NCBI GenBank assembly: GCA_963817385.1 | Contig: CAWFOM010000031.1 | Span: forward strand, 32,001 to 96,000 | Direction of reading: 5' to 3' | Origin: an uncultured delta proteobacterium | GTDB taxonomy: Bacteria; Desulfobacterota; Syntrophia; Syntrophales; UBA5619 | Length of the DNA: 64,000 nucleotides | Shown here: piece after piece, positions 58,400 to 64,000 of the stretch | Position numbering within the stretch: the first letter of the stretch is position 1 | How the letters are laid out: each line of letters opens with the position of its first letter | Program-made: the position numbers and the translations under genes | Notes under the pieces: model-generated | Databases searched by the model: none | What the model saw: only the letters and a program-made list of their open reading frames with translations | What the model was told of the DNA's origin: nothing

Positions 58400-59011
58400 C
58401 TAAAATAAAATCTGCTCTAGCCCGATTGCGATCAGTAAAATGCCGCCTGCGATTGCCGCTTTGCCAGATATATTCTGCTTGATAAAGAATTCGGCGGTTC
58501 GATTCCCCACGGAAAGGGCAATAAAACTCAGTATGGCGGATAAAAATCCTACAAGAAATGAGTCCAAGCCGATCATACCGGCGCTCAAACCTCCCCCAAT
58601 ATTGTTTATTGACAGAGCAATACCAAGGAGAGTCGCCTCTTTAAAATCTAAATGCTTCGAATTGTCCTTATCTGCATTTTCCGACTTCCCGAAGATATGG
58701 CAGATACCCTTCCATCTTTTCTGGAAGGGTATTTCGCCACACTTATCTCCCATATATTGGTCCAAAATCATCTTGGAGCCCACAGCCGTAAGAAACACCA
58801 TGGCAAGAACGGAAGAGATTTTCCCCAATGAACCTGAAATCTTGGTTCCCGAATAAGCCGCAAGAAAAGAAATGACAAAGGTAATCAGGGAAATCCAGAG
58901 ATTTATGGGAGTAGTTATTTTTATGCCCCTGATACTATAAGCGATTCTTGCTCCGATATTGTCGACGTTGTTTGCTAAAGCAATGAGAAACGCATATAAA
59001 AAATGCCGCAA
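58400..59011 (-). CDS. MntP/YtaF-family membrane protein (putative manganese efflux)
   Basis: ALANNVDN...IAY..RG and LGIALSINN...G..AG; TTG start after AAGGAGG. Confidence 0.8.
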   Translation of the reverse strand: MRHFLYAFLIALANNVDNIGARIAYSIRGIKITTPINLWISLITFVISFLAAYSGTKISGSLGKISSVLAMVFLTAVGSKMILDQYMGDKCGEIPFQKRWKGICHIFGKSENADKDNSKHLDFKEATLLGIALSINNIGGGLSAGMIGLDSFLVGFLSAILSFIALSVGNRTAEFFIKQNISGKAAIAGGILLIAIGLEQILF

Positions 59012-59135
59012 TGTACAGGCCTCCTTAAGGAATGTCCCACCGCTTTGCAATCTCCATCACTTCATACATTTTCACGTCGATACCCTTTCATATGAAACTT
59101 CTGACTCCACACCATGCGGCATGCGATACGGATAT

Positions 59136-59624
59136 TTACACGCGGCAAGCCTCCGGTCTGATTAACAGCACCGGTACATTCGACTCATGCAGGACCTTTA
59201 ACGCAATGCTGCCTAACAACATCTTTTTCATGCCGGTATACCCATGGGTTGCTATTATAATCAGGTCTACACCGTTCTTCCGAGCATAATCGGTGATGGT
59301 AGAGGATGGCCCGTTAGACTCTATAGCTTCCGTCTTGACATTAATGCCATCGGAAGAAAGCTCGGAAGAGAACCGGTATTTAACTTTTGCAAGATACTTC
59401 CGTGATTTATCCATGAATGATTTTATAATGGTATTGATATCAAAAGTTATTGAATGGCCCTCTTCTCCCACATTTAATGCTCTCCAGGGAATATCAGCGA
59501 CGACGGCATTTAACAGGACGACTTCCCCCCCGACAAGACCGCCTTGAAAAAGTTTCTTGACATGATTCAACGCACATTCAGCCAATTCTGAACCGTCGAG
59601 GGGAACTAAAATTTTCTTATACAT
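59136..59624 (-). CDS. Universal stress protein
   Basis: MYKKILVPLDGS, DLIIIATHG, LLGSIA.KVL...PVLLIR. Confidence 0.93.
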   Translation of the reverse strand: MYKKILVPLDGSELAECALNHVKKLFQGGLVGGEVVLLNAVVADIPWRALNVGEEGHSITFDINTIIKSFMDKSRKYLAKVKYRFSSELSSDGINVKTEAIESNGPSSTITDYARKNGVDLIIIATHGYTGMKKMLLGSIALKVLHESNVPVLLIRPEACRV

Positions 59625-59834
59625 TTTCGCCTCCATTTTTTATCAGGGTTTTTACTTCTGGACCTTTAATCCCCCATCCTCACTTTCTTCAACAAAGCCA
59701 TGATTCGACCGACAGCAAGACATTCACGCATGGTTAGGCTTTCTTAGGCGCGCCCAATGGCGTTCCAACTAAATACGGTCTAGGTAAAAAATCATGTGCC
59801 TTTTGCTTAAGTCCGTTACACCCTGCCTTTTCGC

Positions 59835-61286
59835 TTAAGGAGTATCGCCGCCCGGCAGGGAGGATACGTCCCAGCCGCCGCCGAGGGCCTTGATGAGGAG
59901 CACGGCGGCCGTCATCCGGCGGCCCAGGATATCGAGCGCCACCCGTCGACTGCTTAAAGCCGCGGTCTGAGCCGCGATCACGTTCAGGTATCCGACGATC
60001 CCCGCTTTATACTGATTGGTTGCGATCACGAGGAACTGCTCGGCCGCCTTGACCGCTTCTTCCTGCGCCACCGCCTCCTGCTCCAGAATCCGCAGGGCGG
60101 CAAGATTATCCTCCACTTCCTGAAATCCTGTGAGGACCGTCTGGCGGTAATTTGCCACGGCCGTTTCGTAAGCGGCCCGGGCTTGCTCGGTCCGCGCCTG
60201 TAAAAGGCCGCCCGTGAAAATGATTTCGGACAATGCAGGGCCGAAGGACCAGAAGCGGCTGGGCCAGCTGAGCCACCGGGCGAGATCGGAACTTTGAAAC
60301 CCTCCGGATGTGCCGAGCGTCACCGTCGGATAGTAGCCGGCCACGGCAACCCCGATCTGGGCATTTGCCGACGCCATGCGCCGTTCGGCGCCGGCGATGT
60401 CGGGTCTCCGTTCCAGGAGTTCGGAGGGCAGCCCCACGGGAATGGCCGGCGGGGGAGTTGCAAGCGACGAAAGGGGGAGTGCAAAAAGGGAAGGGGGTTT
60501 CCCGATGAGAACACCGATGGCGTGCTCGAACTGGGCCCGTTGCACACCCAAATCGATGGCCTGAGCTTGGGTGGTTTTCAGCAGGGTCTCGGCCTGCAGC
60601 ACGTCCCCCCGCGATGCAACGCCGGAGAGGTATCTGTTCTGGGTCATCTCCCGGGATTTCCCGAGCGCCTCGATGGTCCGGTCGAGAAGCTCCTTCTGGG
60701 CATCGAGTGCGCTCAGTTGAAAGTAGTTCTGAACCAGTTCGACCCGGGCGCTCAGCCGGACCGCCTCGAGGTCCGCTCCCGTCGCCTGCGCGCCAGCCCT
60801 GCTGGCCTCGACCGAACGGCGGATGCGCCCCCAGAGGTCGAGCTCCCACGACGCATCGACGGGGAGCGTGTAGAGCGAGGCCGGTGCAGGTGAAGTCTGC
60901 GCCGCGCCCACCGTCGACGACGCCAGAGATCGGGTAAAAGAGGCGCCGATGGTTACTGTGGGAAAGTAACTCGAACGGGCGGCCTGGACCAGTGCGCGGG
61001 CCTGACGAAACTGCGCTTCGGCCGAAGCCACGTTCTGGTTGGAGATGTCGATCTGCTCAGCAAGATCGTTGAGCCGGGGATCGTCGAACATCTCCCACCA
61101 TTTTCCCCGGATCACCTGATCCTTCGGCTCGGCCGTCTTCCAGCCATTCATCTCCCGGTACATTTCGGACACGGGCGCCTGCGGTCTCACATAGTCGGGT
61201 CCTACGGAGCAGGAGACAACCAGAGGAAATAATCCGGCCATTCCAACGAGCGAAACGATTTTCAACCAACCGAAATTCCCGTTCAC
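59835..61286 (-). CDS. RND efflux outer membrane lipoprotein (NodT/OprM family)
   Basis: SCSVGPDY.RP, WWEMFDD, WELDLWG, PSELLERRPDI..AE, KALGGGW. Confidence 0.93.
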   Translation of the reverse strand: MNGNFGWLKIVSLVGMAGLFPLVVSCSVGPDYVRPQAPVSEMYREMNGWKTAEPKDQVIRGKWWEMFDDPRLNDLAEQIDISNQNVASAEAQFRQARALVQAARSSYFPTVTIGASFTRSLASSTVGAAQTSPAPASLYTLPVDASWELDLWGRIRRSVEASRAGAQATGADLEAVRLSARVELVQNYFQLSALDAQKELLDRTIEALGKSREMTQNRYLSGVASRGDVLQAETLLKTTQAQAIDLGVQRAQFEHAIGVLIGKPPSLFALPLSSLATPPPAIPVGLPSELLERRPDIAGAERRMASANAQIGVAVAGYYPTVTLGTSGGFQSSDLARWLSWPSRFWSFGPALSEIIFTGGLLQARTEQARAAYETAVANYRQTVLTGFQEVEDNLAALRILEQEAVAQEEAVKAAEQFLVIATNQYKAGIVGYLNVIAAQTAALSSRRVALDILGRRMTAAVLLIKALGGGWDVSSLPGGDTP

Positions 61287-61322
61287 CTTGCCACCTCACC
61301 GACCGTTTTGGTCCTGGATATA

Positions 61323-64000
61323 TCACACCGCTACTGCGTGATTTTTTTGCCGCATCGCCTTCATCCTGAGCCTGAACCGGTCGAGATAGAGATACATGAC
61401 CGGCGTTGTGTACAAGGTGAGCATCTGGCTGAAGATGAGACCGCCGACGATGGCGATGCCGAGGGGACGGCGAAGCTCCGAGCCTATCCCCCTGCCCAGT
61501 GCCAGCGGGAGGGCGCCGAAGAGTGCGGCCATCGTCGTCATCATGATCGGCCGAAACCGAAGCAGACATGCCTGATAGATCGCCTCGACCGGGCTCTTGC
61601 CTCCCGTCCGCTCCGCTTCGAGGGCAAAATCAATCATCATGATTCCGTTCTTCTTCACGATGCCGATCAAGAGGAAGATCCCGATCAGGGCGATGATGGT
61701 CAACTCCGTGCGGAAGAGCAAAAGCGCGAGCAGCGCACCGACCCCCGCAGACGGCAGGGTGGAGAGGATCGTGACCGGATGCACGATGCTCTCATACAGG
61801 ATCCCCAGGACAATATAGACCGCAATGAGCGCCGCGAGGATCAGAAGGGGTTCGTTCGCCAGGGAAGCCTGGAAGGCCTCGGCGGTCCCCGCAAAGCTGC
61901 CTCGCACACTTCCGGGTATCCCCATCCGGTGCGTCGCCGCCTCAATCTCGCGCACCGCCTCACCCAGGGATTTGCCCGGCACCAGATTGAACGATGCGGT
62001 AATCGCGGGAAACTGGCCCTGGTGGTTCACGGCCAGCGACGTCGCGTTCCGTTCAAACCGGCTAAACGCGCTCAGGGGCACCATTGCACCGCTTGCGCCG
62101 CGCACATAGATATCCCGAAGCGTATCGGGCTGTTGCCAAAAGTCCGGCGCAACCTCCATCACGACATGGTACTGGTTTAACAGCGTATACGTAATGGACA
62201 CTTGCCGCTGGCCGAAGGCGTCGTACAGGACATCATCGATCATCTGCGGCGTGATGCCGAGACGAGAGGCCGTATCGCGGTCGATCACCACCGTGGCCTC
62301 CAGCCCCTTTTCCTGCTGATCGCTGCTGACATCGGTGAGCGCGGGCAGGGTGCGCAGCTGCTGCACGATCCGCGGCGCCCACGCGGTGAGATCCTGCAAG
62401 TTATCCCCATGGAGGGTATATTGATACAGGGCGTTACTGATCCTTCCCCCGATGCGCAGATCCTGGACCGGCTGCAGGTAGGTGGGCGCCCCCGGAACCT
62501 GGGCGAGTTTCCTGCGCAGCCGCGCCATCACCTCGGGCACGCTGGCCTTGCGTTCTCCGAACGGCTTGAGCGAGATGAACAGCCGCCCGATGTTCGCCGC
62601 AGAACCACCGCCGCCGCCGCCACCGGTGAAACCCGCGGCATAGACGACCTCGGGGTCGCTTTTTATGATGTCGATCACCTGGGCGAGCTTCCCCCGCATG
62701 GCCTGGAAGGAGATATCCTGCTCGGCCTGGATCGTGCCGCTGATCCTCCCCGTGTCCTGTTCGGGAAAGAACCCCTTGGGAACGACGATGAACAAGGCCA
62801 CGCTGGTCGCCACCATGGTCAGCGTCAGGGCAAGCATGATCCGTGAGTGGCGAAGCGCCCATTGGAGCGTTTGGTCGTAGCGGCGATACATCCAGTTGAA
62901 TATCGTCTCATTGACCCGATAGCACTGTCCGTGAACGCAGGCTTCCGGCGGTCTCAGGAGGGCCGCGCACATCATGGGTGTCGTGGTGAGCGACACAACG
63001 AGCGAGACCATGATGGCCGCCGACAGGGTGACGGCAAATTCACGGAAGAGCCGGCCCACCATGCCGCCCATCAGAAGGATGGGGATGAAGACGGCCACCA
63101 GAGAGGTGCTCATGGAAAGGACGGTGAATCCGATCTCCTGCGACCCGAGGTGAGCGGCCTCGCGGACGGGAACACCCTCTTCGATGTGGCGGGTGATGTT
63201 TTCGAGCACCACGATCGCGTCATCAACGACAAATCCCGTGGCAATGGTCAAGGCCATCAGGGAGAGGTTGTCCAGATTGTAACCGAACAGGTACATGACG
63301 GCGAAGGTGCCGATGAGCGATACCGCGACGGCGACGCCGGGGATGATCGTCGCGCGGACATTCTTCAGGAACCAGAAGACCACCAATATGACGAGGGCGA
63401 AGGAGATGGCGAGACTGATTCCCACGTCCCTCAGGGAACCGCGGATGGAGGGCGATCGGTCCTGAACGACGGAGAACTCGACTCCTCCCGGCATGGCCGC
63501 CCTGAGCTGCGGAAGCAGGCCCCGGACACGATCCACGGTATCGATGATATTCGCCCCCGGTTGACGGAACACGATCACCATGACGGACGGCTTCCCGTTG
63601 ACCAGGCCGCCCGCCCGAAGATCCTCCACCGAGTCCTCCACCATTGCCACGTCGGAAAGCCGCACCGCGGCCCCGGACCGGTAACTGATAATGACGGGAA
63701 GATACTGAGCGGCTCTGCGGAGCTGATCGTTGGTCTGAATCTCCCAACTCCGCTCTTGGTTGGCGAGCTGACCCTTGGGCCGGTTGACATTGGTTCCGCT
63801 CAGCACGGTGCGGACGTCATCGAGGCTGATTCCGTACTTGTTCAAAGCGGCAGGGTTCAAATCCACCCGGACGGCCGGAAGGGACGAGCCCCCGACGAAC
63901 ACCTGGCCCACCCCCTCCACCTGGGATAACTTCTGCTGCATGATGCTCGACGCGGCGTCGTACATCTGCGTCGTCGTCAGGGTGTCGGACGTGAGGGCAA
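61323..64000 (-). CDS. mdtC: RND efflux permease, MdtC-like (5' end outside window)
   Basis: GFVVDDAIVVLENI, GRLFREFA, PKGFFPEQDTG, GIVKKNGIMMIDF, RFRPIMMTT; frame open to the window edge. Confidence 0.88.
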   Translation of the reverse strand, partial: ALTSDTLTTTQMYDAASSIMQQKLSQVEGVGQVFVGGSSLPAVRVDLNPAALNKYGISLDDVRTVLSGTNVNRPKGQLANQERSWEIQTNDQLRRAAQYLPVIISYRSGAAVRLSDVAMVEDSVEDLRAGGLVNGKPSVMVIVFRQPGANIIDTVDRVRGLLPQLRAAMPGGVEFSVVQDRSPSIRGSLRDVGISLAISFALVILVVFWFLKNVRATIIPGVAVAVSLIGTFAVMYLFGYNLDNLSLMALTIATGFVVDDAIVVLENITRHIEEGVPVREAAHLGSQEIGFTVLSMSTSLVAVFIPILLMGGMVGRLFREFAVTLSAAIMVSLVVSLTTTPMMCAALLRPPEACVHGQCYRVNETIFNWMYRRYDQTLQWALRHSRIMLALTLTMVATSVALFIVVPKGFFPEQDTGRISGTIQAEQDISFQAMRGKLAQVIDIIKSDPEVVYAAGFTGGGGGGGSAANIGRLFISLKPFGERKASVPEVMARLRRKLAQVPGAPTYLQPVQDLRIGGRISNALYQYTLHGDNLQDLTAWAPRIVQQLRTLPALTDVSSDQQEKGLEATVVIDRDTASRLGITPQMIDDVLYDAFGQRQVSITYTLLNQYHVVMEVAPDFWQQPDTLRDIYVRGASGAMVPLSAFSRFERNATSLAVNHQGQFPAITASFNLVPGKSLGEAVREIEAATHRMGIPGSVRGSFAGTAEAFQASLANEPLLILAALIAVYIVLGILYESIVHPVTILSTLPSAGVGALLALLLFRTELTIIALIGIFLLIGIVKKNGIMMIDFALEAERTGGKSPVEAIYQACLLRFRPIMMTTMAALFGALPLALGRGIGSELRRPLGIAIVGGLIFSQMLTLYTTPVMYLYLDRFRLRMKAMRQKNHAVAV

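Noticed and set aside
59012..59135. yybP-ykoY manganese riboswitch expected before an MntP-like gene
   Set aside because: No recognisable consensus in this spacer
1..64000. tRNA, rRNA, integrase, transposase or anti-phage defence genes
   Set aside because: None recognised by eye; tRNAscan-SE, cmscan and DefenseFinder runs would be needed to exclude them formally

Overview
GC-rich bacterial chromosome segment. Gene style suggests an anaerobic deltaproteobacterium (Desulfobacterota/Syntrophales-like); this is inference. Layout: (1) 1-11.3 kb, the distal part of a type II secretion cluster (gspJ partial, K, L, M, N, C, exeA-like ATPase, GspB-like TPR protein, gspD, gspE). (2) 11.4-34.9 kb and 50.3-54.5 kb, four complete tripartite tricarboxylate transporter (TctABC) sets with catabolic enzymes. 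(3) AT-richer accessory patches: ExeA-LysM-SPOR plus LamG-VanZ, DUF3303, GGDEF, FN3 lipoprotein, vapBC, PEP-CTERM protein, HD-GYP, MntP-like protein, USP, and several gene remnants and frameshifts. (4) A core block: PEP-synthase-like protein, dapF, dapL, YchF-like NTPase. (5) DUF3300/DUF2950 and an RND efflux system running off the right edge. No rRNA, tRNA, CRISPR array, integrase or transposase was seen. The most notable unexplained signals are: a ~180-nt rod-like hairpin element present twice (4268-4447, 44348-44524) with a compensatory change and sequence-unrelated closing stems; a perfect 32-bp direct repeat of a tctA 3' end bracketing an 8.8-kb catabolic cassette that has no recombinase; a 125-bp MITE-like element with perfect 21-bp inverted ends; a candidate attenuator leader; and a KaiC-like/PEP-synthase-domain gene coupled to dapF-dapL.
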